64,000 nucleotides of DNA from the NCBI GenBank assembly GCA_944366945.1, contig CALVWJ010000002.1, forward strand, positions 43,912 to 107,911, written 5' to 3'. Each line of letters begins with the position of its first letter. The first letter of the stretch is position 1. Below the pieces are notes generated by a model. That model did not search any database, was not told where the DNA came from, and was given only the letters and a program-made list of their open reading frames with translations. The position numbers and the translations under genes are program-made. Positions 19,657 through 29,362 of the stretch are shown here, in pieces. Source of the stretch: an uncultured Clostridia bacterium. GTDB lineage: Bacteria > Bacillota > Clostridia > Christensenellales > CAG-138.

Positions 19657-20850
19657 ATGGCGTTCGATGCACAAACCTTATTGCAGGAGGCTAAAGCCTT
19701 ACAAGAAGAACTCGTTTCCATCCGCCGCGATATCCATGCGCATCCAGAACTTGGAAGCCACGAGGTGCGCACCACGGAAGTCATCCGAAGCTACCTGGAG
19801 TCGCTTGGAATTGAGATCCGCCCCTGCCTTGAAACCGGCGTTTTTGGCATCCTTTATGGCGGGCAGCCTGGCAAAACGATCGGCCTAAGAGCCGATATTG
19901 ATGCCCTACCTATCCAGGAAGCAACAGGGCTGGAATTCGCTTCCCAGAACGATGGCGTCATGCATGCCTGTGGCCACGACCTGCATGCAACCGCGCTGAT
20001 GGGTGCAGCCAAAATTCTTGCAGCGCATCGGAACGAACTGCATGGAAACGTGAAATTTTTCTTCCAGCCCGATGAGGAAGGCAGCGGCGGTGCAGAGCGC
20101 ATGGTCAAAGCGGGTTGCCTGCAAAACCCCAAAGTAGACGCAGTGTTTGGAGGGCATAGCTCCACAGGCCAACTCGCAGGGCAATATGGCCTTAAATATG
20201 GAAAAACCTATGCTGCCTCCAACCCATTCGTAATCCGCGTGCACGGCCAAGGTTGCCATGGTGCTTACCCTGCCAATGGAATTGACTCCATTGCCGTGGC
20301 TTGCCAAATTGTAAGCGCATTGCAGATGCTGGTTTCCCGCAGGATCAGCGCTACGGATTCTGCAGTCGTTACAGTCGGCAGCTTCCATGCCGGAACGGCT
20401 GGAAACATCATTGCCGGTGAAGCAGAGCTTAAAGGGATTATTCGTACGCTCGGCCCACAAATGCGGGAAAAAATGTGCCGTCTTGTGAAAGAGACCGCGG
20501 AAGGTGTTGCATCGGCGCTGGGCGCAAGCGCTGAGGTTGAAATCCGCACCAGCTACCCCGGCGTCGTAAATGAAGACGCTTTCACCGCATTCGTTCATCG
20601 GGTGATGATAAGCCTCGTTGGAGAGCAAGGCGTTACGCTCAAGGCAACGCCCAATATGGGAACGGAAGACTTCGGCTACTTCATGGATGGAATTCCAGGC
20701 TGCTACTGTGCTTTCGGCTTTGGCGATGGCGGTAAGGAATGCCGTTTCCCGGCACATGGTCCTTACTTCCGAGCCAATGAAGACGGCCTCGCTTATGCCG
20801 CAGCCCTCCATGCAGCTGTTGCAATGCAATATCTTAACGAAAACATTTAA
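19657..20850 (+). CDS. M20-family amidohydrolase (N-acyl-L-amino acid amidohydrolase/hippuricase type)
   Basis: It contains RRDIHAHPELGSHE, HACGHDLH and FFFQPDEEGSGGA. The start was chosen at MAFDAQTLLQEAK; the RBS is weak, so the start is uncertain. Confidence 0.85.
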   Translation: MAFDAQTLLQEAKALQEELVSIRRDIHAHPELGSHEVRTTEVIRSYLESLGIEIRPCLETGVFGILYGGQPGKTIGLRADIDALPIQEATGLEFASQNDGVMHACGHDLHATALMGAAKILAAHRNELHGNVKFFFQPDEEGSGGAERMVKAGCLQNPKVDAVFGGHSSTGQLAGQYGLKYGKTYAASNPFVIRVHGQGCHGAYPANGIDSIAVACQIVSALQMLVSRRISATDSAVVTVGSFHAGTAGNIIAGEAELKGIIRTLGPQMREKMCRLVKETAEGVASALGASAEVEIRTSYPGVVNEDAFTAFVHRVMISLVGEQGVTLKATPNMGTEDFGYFMDGIPGCYCAFGFGDGGKECRFPAHGPYFRANEDGLAYAAALHAAVAMQYLNENI

Positions 20851-21626
20851 GAAAAACCAACGCATAACGCCGGCGCCTTAAAACGTAATCCGTATTGAAG
20901 GCGTCGGCTTTGAATGACTATTTGTAGCGACCATTTGAAGTTCTCAAAAGCTATTACAGAGCAGCGCTACTGCATTAATTCTAGAGCAGTAACAGATATA
21001 TTCGGCTAATTCTCCGTCACATCCCCCCTGCGCATGCTTTAGAGGTTTAAGCCTATTTGCAAATACGCATCTGTATTTCTTTTGCGTAGCTATTGCAGTG
21101 CGCCATAAAGATGCCGCCAATAGCGCTGTTGGAAATGCTGCACTACTAACCGATCTGAATTTAGGCCTGCTTCCGAAAATAATAATACAGAGAGTTTGTC
21201 TCTCGATCCTGCTCGAGCAGATGGGAGTGAGCAGCAGCCGTCCTTCTCATCTTTCAGCATAACCGGCAGCAGACATTCAGAGGCCGTTCTTTTTCCAGCT
21301 CTGCGATTCCAAGATCGTGCCCGCCTGTTATGAAAAGGCGTTCCTCGCACATTCATTTCCCCCTCCCCATTTTCCTTGCGGCCGCCGGATAGCGGTGATA
21401 GCTGCTGGCATTTTGCAAAACTTGCAGCAGATGCCATGCGTACGCGAGGGGGTATTTCAATATTCTGTGTGCCTGCCGCGGAAGATCTTCCTTTCTGCGA
21501 CAAGAGAGGAAGATGCAGCTTTGGCTGCTGCTCCTCGTGTTCCATCAACAATGGCAGCCATCAACGTTGGAGCATGTACGTCGCCCATCTTAATGGTTCC
21601 TTGTTTTAGCTGGATTCATTACCATT

Positions 21627-22268
21627 TTACAGGTCAACTTTATTAAAGCGTTTCACAGAAATGCGATATGCAAATAATAAAAGCGCTGCGTAGCAGATAA
21701 ACCCTGCGGCTAGGATGGGCAATTGCATCAACAAATGTTTAGGCTGATAGCTGTCCAGCCAAGTAAGTGCCGGTATATGGGGCATTACTTCTACCATAAG
21801 TATCAGCAATACCATTGGAATTGACGCTAGGAGAAATGCCTTTCCTGCCTTATAGCCGCTCTTATAAAACGATGAAATGAACACAAAGTCAAACACAGCG
21901 TATACAGTAAGGCCAAAACCGTACCAGGCGAGTGTCGCATCCAACCCCACGGGGTTGTTTTCTATGTTTAAAGCGCTGCGAAGAAACGCAAACGGGATGG
22001 AAAACAATAACTGGAACAGTTGAAAGGAAGCAATCAGCAGGCACTTTCCCAGAACGCTTTCACGCTTTGTAACAGGGAGAATAGCCGTATACCAGGCATC
22101 GTTTGTTTCCCGTGCATTCAAGAATGTGATGTAGGGTGCCAGACAGCCAAACATAAAGATTACACTGTAAGGATAAGCAGGCACAAGAACAAGGCAGCCC
22201 AAAAAGATAAATACAATCGAGGTAGGATGGGCAGCAAGCCTAATTTCTTTATACAGCAGCGTCGTCAT
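21627..22268 (-). CDS. ABC-2-type transporter permease
   Basis: The 213-aa product has 6 hydrophobic segments. It overlaps the 3' end of the ATPase gene. Confidence 0.75.
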   Translation of the reverse strand: MTTLLYKEIRLAAHPTSIVFIFLGCLVLVPAYPYSVIFMFGCLAPYITFLNARETNDAWYTAILPVTKRESVLGKCLLIASFQLFQLLFSIPFAFLRSALNIENNPVGLDATLAWYGFGLTVYAVFDFVFISSFYKSGYKAGKAFLLASIPMVLLILMVEVMPHIPALTWLDSYQPKHLLMQLPILAAGFICYAALLLFAYRISVKRFNKVDL

Positions 22269-23013
22269 CCCACTCGCTCCTTTCTGTCCGTAGCATGATT
22301 TCTTCCAGAGTGAGGGGGCCTGTGTCCTCTGGTGTTTTTAGATGTTCAAAAGAGCGCAGAAATGTGTCTTTGTCTGCACTTTTCAGTACGCGCCCATTTT
22401 GAATATAGGTGATGTCATCTGCACATTTGTCCAAGTCGGAAGTGATATGTGTAGAAAACAGAATAGAGCAGTTCTCGTTTTTTACGATTTGGCGGAACAT
22501 ATGCAGTAGTTCATCGCGGGATACAGGGTCAAGGCCAGAAGTTGGTTCATCCAAAATCAGCAATTCGGCATGGTGAGACAGTGCCAGAGCAAGCAGATAT
22601 TTTACTTTCATGCCGTTTGAAAGCTCTTTGAATTTTTTGCTTTCATCTAAGGCAAACCGTTTGATGTACTTCTGGTATTGTGTCTGATCCCAGTTTGCAT
22701 AAAACTTTTGGGTGACAGCTGTAATGGCGGAAAGCTTCTTCAACGGGTAAAAATCGATCCCGCCAAATACAACGCCGATACGCTGCTTGCACTCTTTTTC
22801 GTGTTGAATAAAGTCCTTCTGAAAAATCTCCACGCTCCCACTCTCCGGGGACACCATATTGAGGATGGATTTTAATGTCGTGCTTTTCCCGGCTCCGTTT
22901 TTACCGATTAACCCCATGATGTGTTTGGGCGCAAGAGCAAAGCTCACATTCTCCAGAGTAAATCCAGGGTAATGTTTGCAAAGGCTCTGAACATGCAGAA
23001 CGATTTCCATCAC
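22249..23013 (-). CDS. ABC transporter ATP-binding protein
   Basis: It has Walker A GKNGAGKST, the signature LSNGMKVK, and Walker B LLILDEP. Confidence 0.92.
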   Translation of the reverse strand: MMEIVLHVQSLCKHYPGFTLENVSFALAPKHIMGLIGKNGAGKSTTLKSILNMVSPESGSVEIFQKDFIQHEKECKQRIGVVFGGIDFYPLKKLSAITAVTQKFYANWDQTQYQKYIKRFALDESKKFKELSNGMKVKYLLALALSHHAELLILDEPTSGLDPVSRDELLHMFRQIVKNENCSILFSTHITSDLDKCADDITYIQNGRVLKSADKDTFLRSFEHLKTPEDTGPLTLEEIMLRTERSEWDDDAAV

Positions 23014-23498
23014 TTTTTCTCCTTTTCATTGGGAACATCAGCTATATTTAAGGTGGTTCTAAAAAGCTGAACAATGCCCAAGAAAAATTCTTCTTTCATA
23101 AGGGCAAGTCCTGGACGTTCCAACGATTCATCCCCTAAAACTACCAACCGATCTCCAGGCTTAATTTTGAATACATCCCTGGCTTGTTTGGGAAGTACGA
23201 TCTGCCCGCGCTCACCTACACAGACCGTGCCGAAAATGTGTTTGCCTTTAGGTGGAACATGGAATCCGGTTTGCTCTTGGTCGTGATGAACCAGGTCATC
23301 GAGTTCCACATTATACAACTGCGCCAGTGCATCACAGTTTACAATGTCCGGCATGGATTCGCCGGATTCCCATTTTGCTACAGCCTGACGAGAAACACCG
23401 ATCTGCTCTGCCACATCTTCTTGCGTGTATTTATTAAGCTGCCGCAATGTGGTTAAATTGTGGGCAATATTGTTTTTCTGCATTTTCATACTTTTCAT
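23010..23498 (-). CDS. XRE-family HTH regulator fused to an AbrB/SpoVT-type domain
   Basis: LRQLNKYTQEDVAEQIGVSRQAVAKWESG is an XRE HTH. GQIVLPKQARDVFKIKPGDRLVVLGD is an AbrB/MazE-like domain. Candidate ATGs lie at 23498, 23489 and 23483. Confidence 0.85.
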   Translation of the reverse strand: MKSMKMQKNNIAHNLTTLRQLNKYTQEDVAEQIGVSRQAVAKWESGESMPDIVNCDALAQLYNVELDDLVHHDQEQTGFHVPPKGKHIFGTVCVGERGQIVLPKQARDVFKIKPGDRLVVLGDESLERPGLALMKEEFFLGIVQLFRTTLNIADVPNEKEKK

Positions 23499-23743
23499 AT
23501 CTCCTAAAACGATTATACCCCTAGGTTTCTGGAAGTTCCACCAACCACTGCAAACAAAAAATGTTATGTTTGGTTGCAAGTAGCTCATATTGCTTATGAG
23601 CTACTTGCACACTACTTTATGGCTCACCAACATACTTTTGCGGTTTCCGCCATTATAAAAGCTAGCAATTCTACGTATACGGGAATTTCTGGGCAGGCCT
23701 TAAAGCGCCGTGTAAATGCTAAGCATGCATGCTTTCTGCCGCT

Positions 23744-23776
23744 AAAAATATCCTCCGGCGTACCACCGGAGGATAT
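23744..23776 (-). terminator. intrinsic terminator downstream of trxA
   Basis: An 11-bp stem ATATCCTCCGG/CCGGAGGATAT is followed by TTTTT on the minus strand. Confidence 0.85.
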
Positions 23777-23798
23777 TTGATCTTTCCATTTGTTTTTC

Positions 23799-24128
23799 TT
23801 ACAGGTTTTCTTCAATGGCATCCGCAAACGACTGTTTGGGCCGTGCGCCGATCATCTTTTCCACAACCTCACCATCGCGGAATAAGAACACCGCAGGAAT
23901 GGACATGATTTTGTAACGCTGCGCGAGCGCGGGCTCATCATCCACATTCACCTTGCAGATTTTTACCCGGCCAGCATATTCCTCTGCCAATTCATCAAGT
24001 ACCGGGGCAATCATACGGCATGGCCCACACCAAGTGGCCCAGAAATCCACCAGTACGAGCTGTTTGCTCTTGAGTACCTCCGCATCGAAGGTCGCTTCCG
24101 TTACATGCAATATCTTATCACTCGCCAT
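23799..24128 (-). CDS. trxA: thioredoxin
   Basis: MASDKILHVTEATF... contains the WCGPC active site. GGAGGAA precedes the ATG. Confidence 0.95.
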   Translation of the reverse strand: MASDKILHVTEATFDAEVLKSKQLVLVDFWATWCGPCRMIAPVLDELAEEYAGRVKICKVNVDDEPALAQRYKIMSIPAVFLFRDGEVVEKMIGARPKQSFADAIEENL

Positions 24129-24558
24129 CGTTCGTTCCTCCTTCTGGTTCAGATGCTTCCGGTTGATCGAGGATTTCAACCATGCGCGGTTTAAACTCCG
24201 TCATCCGGGAAAATTTCGGTTCCAGCGCCCGCAGAATGAAAAAAGCGCCTGCAGCAAAGAGGACCCCGCCAAGCGCTGCATATAGATCTCCCTGCAGAGA
24301 ACCGAGATACGCGCCTACAAGCAGGGCAATCAACGGAATGCCATAGAGGATCAAGCTCGCTCGCAGCACGCTCTTTCCGTGCATTTCGATGCCAACCATA
24401 TCTCCGGCTTTTGCGCCCAGCACGTTATCAATGTCAATATCCGCCTCGTTGCTGCCCAAATGGAAGCAGGCATTGCAGTGCCCGCAGGCATCGCTGCGCA
24501 CAAAGCGCACAATTGCCTTTTTTCCCTTTGTTTCAATCACTTTCCCCGTTTGGCGCAT
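24118..24558 (-). CDS. RseC/MucC-family (SoxR-reducing system) membrane protein
   Basis: It has an N-terminal CGHCNAC cluster followed by two TM helices, which is the typical RseC architecture. Confidence 0.7.
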   Translation of the reverse strand: MRQTGKVIETKGKKAIVRFVRSDACGHCNACFHLGSNEADIDIDNVLGAKAGDMVGIEMHGKSVLRASLILYGIPLIALLVGAYLGSLQGDLYAALGGVLFAAGAFFILRALEPKFSRMTEFKPRMVEILDQPEASEPEGGTNDGE

Positions 24559-24651
24559 GGCAATTCATTCCTTTCTTTGCCCGGCAAACCTGCCTGGAAC
24601 CAAATCTGCCATTTATTATACCATATTTCACCTAAAGTGCTATCATCAGTT

Positions 24652-25374
24652 TCAGCCCGCACCACCTTTTTTATTCATTTTGCGGTAGATCAAGACGCCA
24701 ACGAGCGCAAGCGCAGCAGCCACGCCAAATGCAATCAGCGCAAACTGGTAGTTTTGAAGGCCCAGCGCATCGCCGCCGATGGTAGAGGTAACGATGGATG
24801 GGATGCGCGCCGTGGATGAAATCAAAAGCCAGGTTCCAAGCGGCATTTTGGTAAGGCCAACACAATACGTCATCACATCCTTCGGCGTACCTGGGATGAA
24901 AAACAGCAGGAATACGAGGAAGTTCAGCTCTCGGCCAGCGCGCAGAAAACGAACGGAATCGATCTGTTCCGGCGTGAAGAATACCTCTGCGGCGCGCCTC
25001 CCATAGGTGCGCACGAAAAGGAACACCAAAAGTCCTCCTGCAAGCGTGCCTAAGATGCAAAGGCCTGTGCCTTCCCAAACGCCAAAGGCGTAACCTGCGG
25101 CGATTTCCAACGGTTCTCCCGGAATAAAGGCGATGATTACCTGCAGCGCCATCATGCCCACAAAGGCAATGCGCCCCCAGATGCCATGTGTGTCTACCCA
25201 ATCGCGGAATTTTTGCGGGTCATCGATAAACTTGAGCAGCGGGCGCCCCACTACAAAGCAAGCAGCAACAAGGAATGCCGCAAAAACGATGATCGCAGCG
25301 ATCGTGCGTTTCATGCGCCGCTTTTCTTCCGGCGTATGGTTCTTAAAATCAAACTTACGAGCCATTTTGCTCAA
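24652..25374 (-). CDS. TVP38/TMEM64 (DedA-related) family membrane protein
   Basis: The 240-aa multi-TM product contains FIPGEPLEIAAGYAFG and FIPGTPKD motifs. Confidence 0.8.
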   Translation of the reverse strand: MSKMARKFDFKNHTPEEKRRMKRTIAAIIVFAAFLVAACFVVGRPLLKFIDDPQKFRDWVDTHGIWGRIAFVGMMALQVIIAFIPGEPLEIAAGYAFGVWEGTGLCILGTLAGGLLVFLFVRTYGRRAAEVFFTPEQIDSVRFLRAGRELNFLVFLLFFIPGTPKDVMTYCVGLTKMPLGTWLLISSTARIPSIVTSTIGGDALGLQNYQFALIAFGVAAALALVGVLIYRKMNKKGGAG

Positions 25375-25507
25375 GAAACTCCTTTTGTTTGGATGCCAGG
25401 CTTACTTTTCCCGGCTCACGAAAAAGTATAGCATCAAAACATCAACAATCTTTCAACAGAGAATTACGGTTTTCTTAATTTTACGAGCCGCTCCTAAAAC
25501 GTCCGTC

Positions 25508-27301
25508 TCATGCATCCAGATCCGTGCGGATATGGAGTTCGCGAAGCTGCTTTTCCTCCACAATGTTTGGCGCATCCGTCATAAGACAGGCAGCCGTTTG
25601 CACCTTGGGGAACGCAATGACGTCGCGGATGTTGGTGGTTCCGGTCATCAGCATCACAAGCCTGTCCAGGCCATAGGCAAGGCCGCCGTGCGGCGGAGTG
25701 CCAAACTTAAATGCATCAATGAAATAGCCAAAGCGCTCCTGCGCCTGTTCGGGCGTAAAGCCGATGGTTTCAAACATCTTTTCCTGCAGCTCGGAAGAAT
25801 GGATGCGGATGGATCCGCCTCCCGCTTCGTAGCCATTGATAACCATATCGTATGCTTTAGCGCAAGCCTTGCCCGGGTCGGTGTCAAGCAAGGGGATGTC
25901 CTCATCCCGCGGGCTTGTGAACGGGTGGTGGCAAGCGACATAACGATTCTCTTCCTCATCCCATTCCAAAAGCGGGAAATCCGTAACCCAAAGCACGTCA
26001 AAGCGCGTTTGGTCGATCAAATCAAGCCGCTTCGCGATTTCCAAGCGGAGGGCGCCGAGGGAGGCGTAAACGACTTCGTTTTTCGCATCTGCAACAAAGA
26101 AAAGGATATCCCCCGTTTCCGCACCGGCTGCCCGCTGGATTGCCGCAATCTGCTCTTCGGTGAGGAACTTTGCAAACGAGCACTGGAGCCCATCCGGTTT
26201 TAAGCTCATCCATGCAAGGCCCTTGGCGCGATAGATCTTTACGAATTCCACGAGTTCATCAATCTTTTTGCGCGGGAATTTTTCCACGCCGCCTTTTACG
26301 TTGATGCAGCGCACGCTGCCGCCTGCTTCAACCGCTGTTTGGAATACGCCGAAGCCACACCCACGCACAAGCTCGGTTACGTTCACAAGCTCCAGCCCAA
26401 AACGGGTATCCGGCTTATCGGAGCCAAAACGGTCCATCGCTTCCTGCCATGGGATGCGGCGCAACGGCAACGGGAGATCAATTCCCTTGATTTCCTTTAA
26501 AAGGCGGGCAATGAACCCTTCGTTGACCGCAAGGACATCGTCCACATCCACGAAGGACATCTCAAGGTCGATCTGCGTGAATTCCGGCTGACGGTCCGCG
26601 CGCAGGTCCTCATCGCGGAAGCAGCGCGCAAGCTGGAAATAGCGATCATACCCGGCAATCATCAAAAGCTGCTTGAATTGCTGCGGGCTCTGCGGCAAGG
26701 CGTAGAACTCACCCGGGTGCACGCGGCTTGGCACGAGATAGTCCCGCGCCCCTTCCGGTGTGGAACGGCCCAGCATGGGCGTTTCAATCTCAAGGAAGCC
26801 CTGTTCGTCAAAATAACTGCGGGTAACCTGCGCAATGCGGTGGCGCATCATCATGATCTCCTGCATGCGCGGCCTACGCAGGTCAAGATAGCGATATTTG
26901 AGGCGCAGATCTTCCTTGGTGTTCACGTTATCATCGATGTAGAAAGGCGGGGTCTGCGCGCTGGAAAGGATTTTGAGCTCCTTTGCAACCACCTCGTATT
27001 CGCCCGTTTTCATATCCCGGTTCACCATCTCCGGCGTGCGGCGTGCGAACGTGCCGCGCACGGCGATCACGTATTCGCTGCGAATGGTCTCCGCCAGCGC
27101 AAATACCTCTTTGGGAAGCTCCGCCTCATTGAATACCACCTGCATGAGTCCGCTGCGATCCCTTAACCCAATGAAGATGAGCGCACCCAGGTTGCGCCAG
27201 GTGCCCGCCCAGCCCATAAGCGTGACTTCCTGCCCAATCTGCGCCTGCGTTAATTCGCCCACGCGGTGCGTCCGTTTCCATCCCTGCAATAATTCGCCCA
27301 T
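25508..27301 (-). CDS. aspS: aspartate--tRNA ligase
   Basis: This 597-aa bacterial AspRS contains FRDEDLRADRQPEF and GGLAYGLDRL. Confidence 0.96.
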   Translation of the reverse strand: MGELLQGWKRTHRVGELTQAQIGQEVTLMGWAGTWRNLGALIFIGLRDRSGLMQVVFNEAELPKEVFALAETIRSEYVIAVRGTFARRTPEMVNRDMKTGEYEVVAKELKILSSAQTPPFYIDDNVNTKEDLRLKYRYLDLRRPRMQEIMMMRHRIAQVTRSYFDEQGFLEIETPMLGRSTPEGARDYLVPSRVHPGEFYALPQSPQQFKQLLMIAGYDRYFQLARCFRDEDLRADRQPEFTQIDLEMSFVDVDDVLAVNEGFIARLLKEIKGIDLPLPLRRIPWQEAMDRFGSDKPDTRFGLELVNVTELVRGCGFGVFQTAVEAGGSVRCINVKGGVEKFPRKKIDELVEFVKIYRAKGLAWMSLKPDGLQCSFAKFLTEEQIAAIQRAAGAETGDILFFVADAKNEVVYASLGALRLEIAKRLDLIDQTRFDVLWVTDFPLLEWDEEENRYVACHHPFTSPRDEDIPLLDTDPGKACAKAYDMVINGYEAGGGSIRIHSSELQEKMFETIGFTPEQAQERFGYFIDAFKFGTPPHGGLAYGLDRLVMLMTGTTNIRDVIAFPKVQTAACLMTDAPNIVEEKQLRELHIRTDLDA

Positions 27302-27319
27302 TGTTGTTCTCCTCCCTGT

Positions 27320-28585
27320 TTACCGTTCCAAAAGCGTTTTGATAATCCCCGTAAACTCTTGTATCGGCGTTGCCGCCTCTTCGCCTGTTTCCATGTTTTT
27401 CAGTTTGATTACGCCGTTTTTGATTTCGTCATCGCCCAGGATGGCCACAAAACGCGCCCCCAGCTTGTCCGCATACTTAAACTGCGCTTTGAAGCTGCGT
27501 CCAACATGGTCGAATTCAGTTTTTACGCCCTCGCTGCGCAGCGCTTTTGCAAGGCGCATGCCTTCGCTGCGCGCCGCTTCCCCCATCGCCGCAAGGTAAA
27601 CGCCAACGCGCTCCGGCTGTGGAATCGGGCGGAAGCTTTCCGCCACCAGCAGCAACCGCTCCATACCAAGGCCGAAACCAACGCCGGGCATGTTGGGGCC
27701 TCCCAACTGCTCGAGCAGGCAGTCATAGCGCCCGCCGCCGCAGACCGTCCCTTTATACTGCCCCTCGGTCGAGATGATCTCAAAAACGGTTTTTGTGTAA
27801 TAATCCAGCCCGCGCACGATCATAGGATCCACCGTGTAGTGGATGTCCATGGCCTGCAGCGACGCCTGCAGCTCGTCAAAATGCGCCTTACAGCCATCGC
27901 AGAGGCAATCGATGATCTTGGGCGCGCCGGCTGCGATACGCTTGCATTTTTCCTCTTTGCAATCGAGGATGCGCAACGGGTTTTTCTCAAAGCGCGTGCG
28001 GCAGGTTTCACATAGGTCATCGTAATTTGCGCGGAAATACTCCTTGAGCTTGGTGTTGTAGGCCGGGCGGCACTCGGGGCAGCCGATGCTGTTGATGTTC
28101 ACCGAAAGCCCGCTGATGCCAAGCTGCCCAAACAGATCCAGCGCCAGGGCAATGCATTCCGCATCCACGCTGGCGCGGGGCGCGCCGAAGACCTCCACGC
28201 CAAACTGATGATGCTCGCGCAGGCGGCCGGCCTGCGGTTTTTCATAGCGGAATACCGGGCAATAAAGATAATACATCTTTGTGGGTTGCGCTTCATTGAA
28301 AAGCTTGGATTCCATGAACATGCGCGCAACGCCAGCTGTACCCTCCGGTTTTAAAGTTACCGAGCGATCGCCCTTATCGGTAAAAGTGTACATCTCCTTC
28401 TGCACAACATCAGTCGTATCGCCCACGCTGCGCAGGAAAAGCTCCGTGTGTTCCAACACTGGCGTGCGCGTTTCGCTAAAGCCATAAACGCTGCACAAAT
28501 TGCGGATCAAACCTTCCACATACTGCCATTTGTAGCTTTCCTTGGGGGTCACATCCCGCATCCCCTTGGGTACCTGGTATTGCAT
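27320..28585 (-). CDS. hisS: histidine--tRNA ligase
   Basis: MQYQVPKGMRDVTP is the canonical HisRS start. The product is 421 aa. Confidence 0.96.
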   Translation of the reverse strand: MQYQVPKGMRDVTPKESYKWQYVEGLIRNLCSVYGFSETRTPVLEHTELFLRSVGDTTDVVQKEMYTFTDKGDRSVTLKPEGTAGVARMFMESKLFNEAQPTKMYYLYCPVFRYEKPQAGRLREHHQFGVEVFGAPRASVDAECIALALDLFGQLGISGLSVNINSIGCPECRPAYNTKLKEYFRANYDDLCETCRTRFEKNPLRILDCKEEKCKRIAAGAPKIIDCLCDGCKAHFDELQASLQAMDIHYTVDPMIVRGLDYYTKTVFEIISTEGQYKGTVCGGGRYDCLLEQLGGPNMPGVGFGLGMERLLLVAESFRPIPQPERVGVYLAAMGEAARSEGMRLAKALRSEGVKTEFDHVGRSFKAQFKYADKLGARFVAILGDDEIKNGVIKLKNMETGEEAATPIQEFTGIIKTLLER

Positions 28586-28604
28586 TGCCTGTTCTCCTCA
28601 CACA

Positions 28605-28832
28605 TATAAAATAAGGGTTTCCTGCCCTCCAAAGGGACGGGAAACCCGCGGTGCCACCCTTGCTTGCGCGCTGCCTGCGCGCCGCTCAAACCCGTTAACG
28701 CTGGAAAGCGGCCATGCATTTCTGCATGCGGCTCACGGGTGTCGTTCACGCGGTGCGCTGCGGGGTGGCTTTCAGCCGCGGCCTGCCCTCTCTTCTCGCT
28801 TGCATGCGCGCTACTCTTCCGATCATAGCCTT
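28605..28832 (-). promoter_or_regulatory. T-box leader controlling hisS-aspS
   Basis: The minus strand reads AAGGGTGGCACCGCGGG (28647-28661), overlapping a terminator hairpin plus TTATTTTAT. Stem I has AGAGAGGG. The specifier region is GTGAACGACACCCG (GAC at 28741-28743, CAC at 28739-28741). Confidence 0.88.
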
Positions 28833-28838
28833 TGCGAC

Positions 28839-28867
28839 ATTATAGCCGCAGGAGCAAAAATTGTCAA
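28839..28867 (-). promoter_or_regulatory. consensus sigma-A promoter for the hisS-aspS leader
   Basis: The minus strand reads TTGACA, a 17-nt spacer, then TATAAT. Both hexamers match consensus exactly. Confidence 0.8.
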
Positions 28868-29362
28868 CAGTAAGTCGTCCAAATCCCTTCGTTTCAGCTT
28901 TGTGTTTTCTGCGCGCAATCTGCCTTTTGCGCGCAATGAAAAAGGATGACTTTTGCACGAAGCATCCAAAAGCATTTTTGCACATCCACACAGTCATACC
29001 GCTGAAAAGCACAAGAGGATGCCTTCTTGTGCTACAGATGTTTTCCATGCATCCGTTTTGCATGCGCCCCATCGCAAGCGATATTTCTTTATCCTCTTTT
29101 ACATTCTAAGCCGGTCCAACATGCCGCAAGCCGTTGTGAGGCTTCTGCTAATAAAATCCATACGTTCCCTGTAAAATGCAAAGTACAGCCGCCTTTCCGG
29201 CCTCGATTGCATAAGACTACGCCACCAGATGCAAATCTTCTCAGCCTAACCTCATCGCTTCCGCAGCACGCAAATCATGGGTTTTGTTTGCGAAATGTTT
29301 ACTCTTTCTATGCTATGCCAATGCTATACTCATTGGGAAGATTGAAGTATGGAGGAATCTGC

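Noticed and set aside
21090-21551. A 153-aa minus-strand ORF and the overlapping 109-aa plus-strand ORF.
   Set aside because: They have no RBS, implausible composition and no motif. I treated the whole interval as a possible gene remnant instead (see findings).
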